DNA from: Ascidiella aspersa
Lineage: Eukaryota
NCBI GenBank assembly: GCA_963924565.1
Contig: OZ004607.1
Location: forward strand, 29,202,001-29,266,000
Direction: 5' to 3'
DNA length: 64,000 nucleotides
This document shows, in pieces, positions 26,003 through 39,312 of this stretch. Numbering within the stretch: the stretch's first letter is position 1; the number at the start of each line of letters is the position of its first letter. Made by a program: the position numbers and the translations under genes. The notes beneath the pieces are model-generated. The model saw nothing but the letters and a program-made list of their open reading frames with translations. It did no database searches and was not told where the DNA came from.

Positions 26003-27707
26003 TGGCCAAGGAAGCAACTTCTTATGGATACAGTGCGTCACCTTTTGTGCACCGTCTGTTTTTTTAGGGTAGCAATTCGCAAATGAACAAAACTATCTTC
26101 ACTTTGAATAATTATATTTGTGATAACAGTTAGTATTTTTCATAGTTCCGTATCTTGCATTTATTATGAATTGTTATGATCACAGGTAGAAGTGTCTAAT
26201 AATATCTGATGCCAAGCAATCTAACGCGTTGATTCTGATTAACAACTTGAGGTTATCAAACGCCTCAAACGTTAAAAAATTGGCCTAAAAACTTGGCAAA
26301 AACACTTTTTAATCTATTTTGCTTGTTTGAAAATGGTAAAGACGTAAATTCGGTTTTATATAGCGATACTATTTGTCCAAAATATTTGGCACCGGAATAA
26401 AGTATTAAGAGTCGAACATTCCTCCCTCTAGTGTACAGATTTTTGCTTTCATTGCAGCCTTTTGCAATTTATGCTTGCTTTTGTCCCACCGAATAATATT
26501 TTGCAGCGCCATTTTTTTACCGATGAGTTTGTAGTGTTTTTACTGCCTATACTAGATTATACTGTTTCTACTGCCGATGAGATTACACTGCCCTTTCTCT
26601 GACTCACCAACCGTTTTGCGGTTTCTGTAATGCTTAATTGTGATCATGCAGGTGGCCTCATTTATAATGCAAATAACCTTATCTCGCCAATCTATTTTGC
26701 AAAACATTTTTTTTAAATAGTTTTCCAACGTCGTCATAATCTTAAAACTTTTTTACAATTTTTGTCGATATTCAATTATATTGTCTATTCTTTTCGAACA
26801 GTCTTCAATATTAACTACGACCCAGCTTGTCGAGAGTTTTTTCACTGTTTTTTTTTATTTGTGCAATATATGAGTGGATTGCCGTGCCAATTTAAAGGAG
26901 AAAGATGTGAAATAAATTAACGTAAATATGCCAAACTAATGACAAAGAATTAGCATTTGCTAAAAAGTAGTTAGCTTTATTTAGACAAGGTTAATCTGGT
27001 GTAGCGTTAACTAACATTTGATGCATAAAAATATATTCAAATGTTTCTCGAACAAACGACATTTATAGTATAACTAAACAGATATTGGAATGTATAGTTT
27101 GTGAGTCACACGACTCAAGGTTGCACAGAATGCTTAGCCCGTATGGGCTTAATAGATTTTAGTAAAACGTATAAAAGTTCGCGCAAAGCGTTTTGAAAAC
27201 GAAACTTTTTTTAAAATAGCTTGCGGCCTACATTTGGCCCGCGGCACTTAGTTTGCCGACCACTCGCGGACCGGTACATCATGTAATGTTATTAATATAT
27301 TTTTTATATTACCTTTATTATGATGAAAAAAAATGAGGTTAAAGAACATTTTTTTGTCATGCTTTTCAACCATGACTTCTATAATATTGCTGTTTTATCT
27401 AACATATGTGGTAAAATCGTGGTAAAAAAATATGTGGTAAAAATCGTTTTGACATAAAATGCAATCACTTTAATGCTTTATACCAGCTGTCGAAAATAAT
27501 TAATTTCACGTGTCGCAAAACAGAAAATGATGGACAATTGACGAAGTACGACTAGCAATATGCTGACAATTTAAATAATATAGATAGGCAGGCGTACATT
27601 GACGTCACAACCGGCCAGGCTGTCCGAAACGAATCCCAGGGTTGGGCCCGATTTTCCAAAGCTGTTAGCTGTTACACCAGTCGCCACACTGGGTGACGTA
27701 GTTGTAA

Positions 27708-30700
27708 ATGAGGGTAATACCCTATTTATACACTGATTTTGCTGACTGTCCACTTCCTGAAAAAAAGGAAACTCTAGATTCCCCAATAAAATCCTTTATA
27801 CCAAATGGAGAGAAATTTCAAGATTTTGATTCTGAAATTTCTTTTTCATTTGAAAGTAAAACAAACAATGACAAACATTCAGAAAATCATATACCTTCAT
27901 TTGAATTAGCTGCTGCTCAACAAACTTACCAGCCAAATGATTCTGATTTACAATTTGAGCCAAAAATAGAAAATGAGTTTCAAAGTATGAAGATAGAAAC
28001 TTGTGATAAAACTTATAGCAGCAACAATCACTTTAACGACACTGGACAACGTCCACTCTTTGATGAACAAGATTCCAACAGTATAAATTCTTCAGATGTT
28101 TTGCAATCTGTTCTGAATGGAGTACAAAACAGTGCTAGTGAGAGGCCATATTTTGATGAATTGGATGACCAAAGCGATTCATCAGATTTAAGTAAAGAAA
28201 AGTCTGATATCTTAAGCAATAAAATATCACATAATGAATTGGAAAACAGTGAGTCACCATGTCATTCGCCAACTATTGCTAATGAAATAAATCAAATAAC
28301 AGAAGCCAAATCTGAAAACAACAGTATTCAAGAAGTGAAACTGGAAAGTGATTCTAGTGAAGAATCAAGTTCAGAATGTTCCAAATCACAAACTGACCCC
28401 CAAAATGGGGGAAATTTGGAAATCAAAGACAGTGAACATTTTTCAACACCGAGCATAGATTCAGAAGGACCAAACTGTGATGAATTTGCAGAATTTTCAA
28501 AAGAACCTCAAGGTGATGCAAATAACACCACAACGGAAGAATCCCAACCAGTGGAAGAATTCTCCACTGGTGGCAATGCCAGTCATTTCGCTGATTTTTC
28601 TAGCAATTCAAAGCCTGGTGAATCTCCTATTCAACCAAGTTTGGAGTTTTCTCGAGCAGAAGATACCACTTCTCCAAACCATGAGGACAGTGATAAGTTT
28701 TCCGCATTTGCTGTCACACCTACTTTAGAAACCTCTAAACTTTCAGATGTGGAACTGCCGCCAACAGAGGTCACCAAGTCATGTGAAGAATAGTCTGCTG
28801 ATTTCAGTGATGATGAATTTTCTGACTTTGCTGCTATGTCTGCTGTTACAACAAGGCCAAGTGAAGTGGAAATGGTGAATACCGACATAACTGCAGAGTC
28901 TCCTGCTGATGATTTTGCTAGTTTTCCACAGTCATCTTCTGATGCAGCTGATGATGACTTTGGTGCATTTAACACACAAGAAGACAACTTTGGGGACTTT
29001 GGTGCCTTTGACAACTTTCAATCCAGCAGTGATCCAACTGAAAATGATGATTTTGGTGACTTTAGTAGTATGGCCACCGATTCAAAAGTGCCTGAATTGG
29101 AACAATATCAACCAGTACAAACATTTGAGGTATTTATATTTTTTAACCTAATTTATAAATGTGTATACAGGGGTATCCACAAAATCTAACATGGGAGGTC
29201 CCGAATTTTTAACTTAAGGACTATAAGTATGGGCAATCGATGTTGGGGACTGCGCTAAATTAAAAACACGCCTTTCGTCATCTGTAATACTGAACTGAGA
29301 TATTTTTTCCTGGTGTTATTATGTTTAGCACAACAAAGCTGCTCCTGAAGGAAAATTAGTTGTGTAAATTGCACACTAAACACGTTGTGGTCTTAATTAT
29401 GCTTATAGAGAATAATTTTGTGTTAACTATCTTAACTTAAAAATTGCGACTTTAAAACTGCACGACAGTCACCAATACCATACCACCTTTTAACACCAAC
29501 TTCTGAGATAAGTGCAGACAGCGAACAGCGAGGAACATTAGCTGAGCCTAACTTGACATTGTTTAGCAAGAAATAAAGGTTTGACTTAGCATTGTTAATT
29601 GTCTAATAAACACTTGCTAAGCAGCAAACCTTAACAAATAACAAAAGGCGAAAGAGAAAAATATCCTTCGTTTACGACCGACAAAACAAGAAATGAAAAA
29701 CCCAATTACATTAAAAACAAAACAAGAAAACGCGTTACCCAATTACATTAAAAACACTGCCGCTTTTGACAGTGAGTTAAGCCCCGACGAAAAAGATAAT
29801 ATTACTTCCAAAAATGGGTGAGTTTCTAACCCGCACCCCCTGGATACACCACAGTATGTATATATTGGTTGGTAGCCACTTAAAAAATTAGTACCGATTC
29901 CTATTTATTCACCAACCTATGAGGTGGACCCTGTTTATTGCTGGCAGATAAGTCAATTTAGACAGACAGATTTTATTTTTTGTGTGTACCACAAACATGA
30001 AAAAGTGTTTGAATATATTTATATGGGCCGAAAATTTATTTTCGGGACATATCTTGTTTTTGCCGCTATTCTTTTTTGGTTTCCTATGGCATGTTTCAGA
30101 CCGATTGAGACTTTCATTGTGCGAAGTGGCACGTCCAAAACTGGGCATACGACTTGCATTTTAAAAAAAGGCTTCTCTTTAGTAAAATTACTTAATGGTC
30201 TTAAGAAACAACTTATTTTACCGCCGCAATTTTAAATGCGAAATCTGGTGGCAACTCCAATCCAACATATCAACACCAGGCCTACACAACTTAAAATTGT
30301 GTGTTGATATGTTGGATTGGAGTAACATACTATACAGGTGCAAATAGCAAATATTCTCCAAATACGATTTTTTCAAATATTCTTCAAATCGTATTTCATC
30401 GTATTGTCGCGGTAATACAAAAAGAGGTAAGGCCGTGAATAAAGTTTCACCCACCGTACAATTAACGCAGGGAAGCATTTCGAGTAGGGATGTTCAAGGC
30501 AGAATATTGGCGACACATTTATAATGCTTGCGTCAGCATTTTTTGGGGCGACCAATTACTTTGCGATAAGCTTCGCCTAATAATGAAGTGTCAATAGGGT
30601 GTATTTACCGCCGCAAATTTAAATGCGAAATCTTAAGGCAGTGTACGCCTCTCTGTTAGCACCTGTTGTGCATGTTGCTCCAACCAACATACCAATATCA

Positions 30701-33700
30701 GACCTAAACAACTAGCAAAACTTTCGATTTAATAGTTGCGTATTAGGCACATTATAGTGTGTTTCATATTGTTTGAAACTACAGATTTAAAGTCTGTTTT
30801 AACAGCGATTGCTCGGACCAAGCCATGGTAAAAATTTACTGAGTAAAAGTTTGCAAAACTTGCAAACCATAGGCGTTAAACCATTTTAAGTCTTTAGGAG
30901 AATGATAATATTTGCTTTTCAAACATGTAAGCTGGCCAAAATGTAATAAAATGGCCATACACATTATCTACGTAAATTCTATTTATCAAATATATGTTTC
31001 GATCATTCCCTAAATACTACGCCATATTGGAACCCCTTTCGCAGCAAAGTGGGGAAGTTTTCGGCCCATTATCTGTTTTTGTTTGCAGAAACAAGTTAAG
31101 GAAAATGAAAAACAAAATAAGATATATATAATATAAAATACACAATACAAATTACATAATATTAAAAAATAAAAAGTGTCAAATTAAAAATAAAAATTTA
31201 AAAATGAAAATTAAAAACTGAATATGAAAAAAAAAATTGAAAAAAATAAAAAATAAAAAATAAAATCAATTTAAAAAAAAATTAAAACAAAATAAAAATA
31301 AACACTAAGCCCCGAAAATATACCCCCTGACAAAATATACAACAACCGCACCCCCGTCTAGTCATTTTTGAAATTTTAAATTGAACTTTGATTGATATTA
31401 GTCCCTAAACTAATTTTTTTTTGTTCATGATCCTGCTGTCATCAATTTCATTTTATTAGAGATGAATCAATAAAATTATTATCATTTATAAGAAAAAACG
31501 CAGATATAAAAAATACTATGCATTAGATGTTAGTTTCACATCTTATTTACCTCTTTGCAGATTTGAAGATAACTCACAATAAGTTATATATAGCTCTACT
31601 GTATTATCAAATTTTGTTTTTGGAGTTTTTATTTTAATACAGTTCTACGATTTGTTTTTGCTGCTATTTGAACTTTCAACTAAGAATAAAAGTAAGCTGA
31701 CAATATTTTTAGCTGCCCAAGACCGTGGATATAAAAAGGTGCTTTTCCATCAATGGCAGCATGATTGACATAAACAGCAACCTGACAAAAGCCATTCATT
31801 GTCATGTCAACGATGATCTAATCCAGACTTTTGATTCATCCCAGGAAGAAACCCCTGCAGCAATAGGACCTATGTCAACCTCAAGGTTGTAATAAATTGT
31901 AGTATTTCTAAATAAATCTCAATGCCCCTTTCATATAGTATATATTGAGGATAAGCTTTGATTAAAAGGTGTACCCTTTAAAATAACAACTTCTATGTAA
32001 GCCCCCCACCAGGTACAAGCAATTTGTATAAACCTTATACTTCAAGTCCATTAATTACTTGTACACCAAAATTCATGTTCTTTTTGGAATTATTAGGTAA
32101 AGTTTTTATGGGAGGCATAACAAAATTAATATAAATTTTAGATTCAATTTATATATTAAACTAAATTTATATTAAAATGTTACATAATCTTTTTGCTTAA
32201 TTATTAACCAATCAATGTAGATGTTAGCATGTTACTTCTGTAAGATATACTAATTGGTGAACATATTATGTAGTAATTAAAAATTTCCCAAGCATATATT
32301 GAGAGGATTAAAAAGACCTTTTATTTTTTATTTATTACTTATTTTGTTTTTCCCATACTCTAATTATATACCAGACAATTTGATATTTCTTTGCTGCATT
32401 CAGACCATCACAACTGTGGGATCTGATTGAGGATGTTGACAATGCTATTGCTCTTAAGCACCAATGGACAAATTCAAGCCACCATCAGCATCTTTTAGCC
32501 GCTCTTGGAATTAACACGCAGAACATTGTAAGGATGTTGTCTATGTACTTTATGCCATATGTTTATACAATTAACAACAATACACTATAATATATATATC
32601 ATTTATTTAACAATACATACATGCATATGATTAAACATGGAAAAATTAGAGAGTTTTATGTAAATATTTTGCCTTGCTTTTTCACAAACAACACCACACT
32701 ACATACATGGCATTTTACTAAAATATAAACTGAATGTGTGAGTTAGTGCATGACTATTTTCAATGGGTGTAGCTTTTGCACTGTTTGCTGAATGAGGTGT
32801 AACTAGCATTCTAATCCTATTCAACAGCTATTTGGTCGCACAAGCAAGCCCTACTACGTTCCCACGTACTACGCTGCGGGTTTGGTAAGTTAATAAACCA
32901 CAATTTACAAAACGTTTGGCTTTAATTAAACAGATTGTCAATGAACCACAGCGAAGGTAGTTGAACTTCCTTAAATAATATTAATATATAAGTAATTTAT
33001 CATTGTCATTAATCACTTTTAATCACAATTTTTTTCTCTATTTAAGATAAATATTCAACATGTGATTATATTATATGGCAGTGTTATAAAACTCATTGAA
33101 TGTGTAAATAAGCCATTTTCATATATCCAGAAAAAAATTTATTATTTTAGTTTTGTTTGGTTAATAAGCTTTTTAACATAGCTATTGCTAGTGTTAACAA
33201 TACACAGCTCAACAATTGGAAATAGTGCAGGTAGTCACCATGCCAAATATTGTTATTATATTGTCATTCATTCATTTTTGCAGGGCAATTTTGCAGTTTT
33301 TCTCATCAACCAGTAAATTCTATGTTTTTTATGCTTGGTAACTCTGTTGACTTTCAGTAAAGACTTACAGCCACAATAAGAAAAAATATAACATTCCATG
33401 TAATAAGTGAATTTTGTTAAATGCTAAATAGATTGGAGGAATATTTTTTTGAAGTATTCCTAAATATAGAAATAGCAAACTGTTTGTACAAATTGTAAAC
33501 TAAGCTAAATAAAGTTAATTCTGTGACTGTTGTCTGTGTACCCTTCCCTTCAAATTTATATGTTTACCAAGATCCTTGTTCATTTGTTTAGTACTTTAAA
33601 AGAGCTATTTTACAGGGCTTGCTTGAGCCCGGGAAGGAAATGAAACCTCTATCAGCTGCTGAAAAAATCACTGCCATGTCACCAACTGACAAAAACCAAC

Positions 33701-35864
33701 CTTCCATAGTAAGTTAAATTTTTTAATTCAGAAGTTCATTAATTTCGGTCATATAATTTGTATGTGTATAATGTAAAAAAAATTATTCAATCAAGTGTTC
33801 TTGTTATTCAAACACGTTGCGTTAATTAACGAAAAACTCTTATAATAAAAAATGTAATCGTCTTGTCATTACATGAAAGTGTACAATCTTCATTACTCCA
33901 GCAAAAAATGCTAATTTTTGTTAATCAAAGACAGATAAATATGTATTGTTTGTAAAGTCGATTAGACTTCGTATCTAACGAAGCTTCATTTTCATGCTTT
34001 TAAATGTTAGGGATGTTGCAATGTAAACTTAACAATCAATTTGCATTATTATACGGTTAGTTTATTAAGCATGCTTTGTTATTTTGCAGGATGGTCAATC
34101 AAAACCTTGGACTACTGAAACTGGTTTGTTTTACTTACAACAACTCTTTCTAAGGATGTAGAATTAGTGTAATTAAGTAACAACATTTTTTAAGCCTCCT
34201 TGTACTATTCTTCCTAGTTTGTAAAATTAGTTTATTGTAACATTTTTTCTAATCAGCAAAAATGTAGGCAAACTTGTCTTAGTGTACTCCGTGGCATATA
34301 GAATAACTATTTTTTTTCGTTTATGAAGACAAACGTGGTCCATATATATTTTGTCGCTGGCCATAAGAACATATCATGTCAATGTTGCTAGGGCGGAATT
34401 TCAGTTTAGGGGCCATAAATTTTTTACATTTGACGTTACATCCTACGTCATAACCAGACGTTATAATTCAAGTAATTTTAGAAAACGTTTGGTTCTATAA
34501 ACATCTGATGTGCAATTATGCGAGTGAACAAAGTTCATCGAGCAAAGCCGCAAAACATTGTGTTTATTTAGTTTTAGTTTGGCAAAACGCTTGCCTTTTA
34601 TAATAGATGTGCTTAATAGTTGACACATAAAACATTTGTTTTATGTTGCAATATTCTTTTTATTTATTTTCAGATTCACGGCTGATAGGCTTTTACACTG
34701 CTTAGACGCGCCAAAACTTCTTTCAACCTATTTTTAACTTACATTTTGTTGCATGTGTAGGTGTAGCATCAAACGGTTTAGCCAATGGTGTACTTGCATG
34801 TAGTGGAGTGGTAGGTGACAGTGGCAGCATGCCATCTAACGGGGTCACTTTAGACGCCAGTAGTCTAAACCTTGACGCCTTTAGCGACTCGCTTAAGAGC
34901 AATTCTAAGACGACCGCCGCAACCACAGGTAGTAGTCCCAGTTTTTTGAGAAAACACATTTCTTATTGTTTTTACCTATAGTTTTTGAGTTTAAGGAGGA
35001 TTTTTTAATTGGACAATCCTTTACAGTTCGATTGTGATTGCAAACTGCATCGCAAATTGCGATTGATGTTATCTAACACTTCCATCCAACATAGCTAGTC
35101 TTTATCAACTTATTATCACAAATAAAAAACAATTCATGTATTACGTTATACGATGTGCGTTATGCCACAATGCGTTGGTTGTCTACGCAATACTTTTTTA
35201 TAGTTGCCATATTTAAATCTACACATAGGGATATTTTGTATAATTTGTACCAGTCCACAAAATGGAACTTCAATTCGTTGTTACCACAATTACATTCATT
35301 AAAAAATTATTTATTTATTGTGGCTTTGAAACCAATAGCTCAGACAAAATAAAAAAGGGACAAATGTGAACTAGCTCACTTTTGTTTTAGCGCATTTTTA
35401 CTATTACCTTTGTCAAAGTGTTTTAAAACATTGTTTTTTTACTGCTACGTTCCTGGTTTCCAAATAAAACATTTTTGCTCAAGTTTACATTAGATTTGTT
35501 ATGGTCAAAATGCGCTAGGTACAAATTTTAAATCATAGATTCATTTAGTACGTTATAGAGCGAATAAAACTTTCGACAGGCGGAGTAATATTACAATTGC
35601 GTTAAATTTTCGAAAATCGGCATAAGATCTGAAAATCCGCATGTCCGCATCCACCTGCACGTTGAACCACTGCTTTAAAACGTACCAAAAGCCTAAATTT
35701 TATTTGCGATCTTTCTGTGAATTAAGGCGACATTGTAGTACATCCCTTAATTTCGTGTCTTTGTTTTGTCACCAGAGCAAGATAAAATTGATCCGGAGCT
35801 TCTGGAGCTAGCCATGGACGTTACTCCGGATCTCTCCACCAAGCGAGCCGATCCGCTCAGTTAA
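27708..35864 (+). pseudogene. AFTPH: Duplicated, disabled aftiphilin copy with a chimeric 5' end (361-aa ORF 27708-28793)
   Basis: Lacks the first 41 codons; TTG>TAG stop at 28791; exons 27735-29129, 31713-31885, 32404-32527, 32828-32884, 33616-33708, 34090-34123, 34761-34928 keep splice sites; last exon (from 35776) is cut at 35858 by unrelated sequence followed by AGT TAA. Confidence 0.88.
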
Positions 35865-37605
35865 AAATAGCGGATCTCATCTGATTTTACCTGGCAAACG
35901 CTTTATGCTTCCCCGAAATAATGGCGGACCAAGTTCCTAAAATAAATGGAATTTAAAACTGGTGGCAAAACAATTAACATAAAGAACACACGCGATTCAC
36001 TTGTCAATTAAAACCCACAGATTTTACCACTATCTGTGCTTTTGTTATGCTGGAAATGGCGAAAACGTGTCATAACCAATAAAACAAATTACCTTGTAAT
36101 TTTCCCTAAATACCAAAAATTAAAAAGCTCAGTACCAATGTGCGGCCACCCTATAGAGATCGCAGGCAAAACATGAAAATGTCTTGGGTTAAGGCTTTCG
36201 GTTCCTTTACATTGAATTGAATTGCAATGTTGCTTTTTCAGACATCAACGTTTCGATTTTCCGAGACTGTTGTTTTTTCTATCCCGATTGTACGTAGAAT
36301 AAGTATGTAAATCGCAACGAAAGTCAGCCGGTACAATTATTGAAAGCCCAAAACAACACGGTTACGTTTCGATGGCTTTGCATTGGTGAATCGAATTATG
36401 ATTAAAGGCGATATCGAAGCGATGCGCTTTATTAGTTTGGTCGATTCTGGCATCTCTTGTGTGGTTATGTACGACTGAACAAGCTCTAAAGCCAAATTGC
36501 AGGTGACTCCATTGACGTTATTCTAAAGTCGAATATGTTGGCGTTTGTGTTTTATCGAATTGTCGGTTTGTTTGCTATTCCGCCTCGGTCGTCTTGAATT
36601 GCTTTTTAGAGTAATGGCACGACGCTTTAATGACTTCGGCTCTGCGAGTTTCGTTTCGATGAAATAGTCTTAGCGAAGCATGGGACAACTTTTAATTAGT
36701 CTCTCCAACGCTGCGCCTATCTATCGAAAACAATCCGAAAAAGCGTAATTCCTACAATTTTTTTCTACCATATAAAAATAAATATCTATCTATCTATATA
36801 TATATTTGTTATAGAATATAAGTTTGTTGTATATTTCCACGATACTTTTTACTTCCTCAAACGTGTTGTTTATCGACTTTAGCCGCGAATTTGTTTCTTC
36901 CGTGCGTCGCCTATTACGCGTCACATTATTTTACCCACCCCCTCCCCAACCGAAGTGCAATTGCGTACCCTCGTACTTCCCCGACCCCCTTTTTACCCAC
37001 TGTGACGGACCCCCAAGAGTGTAAACGCCCGTCACCGTCTGCTGAAAAATATGTAGCGTTCTTATGTTCGGTGTCGTTTAGCTTCGGTTAGTTGGAATAT
37101 TCGTGTTGTGTTTTAGGTTTTGTTTGTGGCTTTTTGTCTATTTAGGAACCTGCTGGTTGCTTGTTTAACTTTTAACTGTGTTATTGGGTGGCTTAATCGC
37201 TGACCAAATCTAAATTCAAGTGATATTTACGAACAATATGGTTGAACTAGACTGGCCGTTTTAAGCTAGATACTTAAGAAAACGAAATTTTAGTTTTTGC
37301 AAATGTTTCGTTTGAGTTCTAACAGTTATCGGAATTTGATTACCTGAATTGCTGTTCAACAACAATTAAATGCCTTCATTAAAAATTTCTGTCATGGTTA
37401 AATTTTTCCAGCCTTAAAAATATTCCTATAACAATTTTTTTTGTTTTTTCTGTGCGTAAATCAATTGTATCCATTCCATTTATAGGCGTCGGACTTTGAT
37501 TGCCGTTATCGCCGTTTAAAAATTTCTGTTATTGATTTTTACTATTAACGTATCTAACAACTCTCGCGAGAAACCACATTTCGTTTAGGCCGTCGTATTG
37601 TAAGG

Positions 37606-37866
37606 CAGTGCTTCTTAACCTTTTTTTAGTTATATTCACCCCAACCATATATCTCCAGATTCCATTCACCCTTGACTCATGATATGATAAAACTTTCTCG
37701 TCTATATTTCACTGAACAGGGTAAACACCCAGAATATCCGCCCTGCTCGCAAGCTATCATCCATTTCTGACGGTTCACCCTTATTCACCCCTTTTGGTTG
37801 TTGGTTCACCCCTGCAGAAATTTTATTCACCCTGGGGTGAACTATTCACCTGATTAAGAAACACTG
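37606..37866. mobile_element. hAT MITE (duplicate of 14917-15176)
   Basis: Same TIRs and TSD ttgtaagg. Confidence 0.85.
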
Positions 37867-38868
37867 TTGTAAGGTACTGCGATTGTAGAGTTTGAAATTT
37901 TTCTGTCACTCTCGTTGTCGGTGAAGTCACAGCCCCGGCGTCCCAGATATGTTTTGCGATGAAAATCTAGCGCTGCTGTGTAGCTAAGCCCGATACCTCC
38001 AGTGTTTACTTTGGATGAGCAAAAACGATGTCGACTCCTAATCTTTTAAAGCGGATATTTTAACTGTAAAAAAACGCAATAGTTTTGACTGAAAAAAAAA
38101 AATGCTTTTGCCACTCGTTCGTCAAGAAACGCCTTCAAAGGTGATTACGGAATCGCACTCGTTTCGTAGCAACTCAACTTGGCCCGCTATTTTACGAACA
38201 TTGCTTTTATTATTCGGTTTTATTTTTCGCCTCGCTGCGACGCACGAGTTGCATTTCTATTGCCTGTTCCGCTGCTCCTCGGCTTTGCACAAACATTTTG
38301 TGACGTCATTAAACTTTGTAGGCTAATTTGCCGACCTTGCTTTGTCCTTGAAGACTTGAAAAAAGTTTAACTTGAGGTGACTGTCAGGATCGCGATGCTT
38401 TTTGTCCGAAATACCGGATTACCGGGTATCGGTTTGGGGGCTATAGCTTTTATTGTTGCACTTACAATTTCAACTTTAATTTTTCAATCGAACAAAATTT
38501 GCTTTAAAAATTAACAAACCTTTAAGGAAGACAATTTTTTAATGATATCACGTTGCGCTATTGTAGCCTTTTAAGAAAACCCTTTGTCCGATGTTAACCT
38601 GGCGTAAGCTGTATCCCCTACAGTAGGCCTACAGCCTAAATTTAAAGGTAATTATTAATCCATGGTGCTATATGGCAGGGGACCTAGTTTTCAGTATGCA
38701 AGCAGCATAAATTAGATTGAAGTTTCTTTTTCTGCAACCACGCGAGAGGTTGCTTTTCAGACAGACAAGCCACAAAAACATATCAAAGTGCCGCATGCCG
38801 CAAACTGCAGTTTGCCCGCCTCTGCTGTATGGTAATACGCATATATGGGAATATTAAATCATCTAATC

Positions 38869-39312
38869 CAGTGGTTCTCAAACGTTGGTCCGCGTCAACT
38901 TTTCTGCCAGTCCGCCAAACTTATTACAATTTTAAATCTCAATTACAAATGCAAGATGTTAAAGGATTGACCATTAAATAACTTCGCCAGGTCCGTAATT
39001 TGCAGCATTGTGACGTAACATAGAGTTAATGGTCTACTTGGGTCTTTGTCATATGTCACATGTGCCTAACTGTTTAAAAGTCTTAAACCTTAAGACCAGT
39101 TGTCTGTGAAAAACTTCAATAGAACCACGTATGATACCAAAAAGAAAGCAGTATATTGCTCATTAAATCGAAGTTTCCATTATATGCTTTTAAGTTGCAT
39201 ACTTTTGTCGTAATTACATGTTGAGTTAATTTTGATTTTTGAAGGTCCACCGGTCCGCAATTTTTTTTTTTCAATTTGACGGTCCGTAAGCTAAAAAGGT
39301 TGAGAACCACTG
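38869..39312. mobile_element. hAT MITE (duplicate of 16177-16620)
   Basis: Same TIRs and TSD atctaatc. Confidence 0.9.

Larger units (their letters stand above)
5057..27734 (+). repeat. Tandem segmental duplication, copy 1 (~22.7 kb)
   Basis: Collinear with 27735-54152 (initial offset 22678); junction CCCTATTTATACAC-T-GATTTTGCTGACTG at 27734 joins sequence matching 54138-54152 to sequence matching 5056 onward. Confidence 0.95.
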
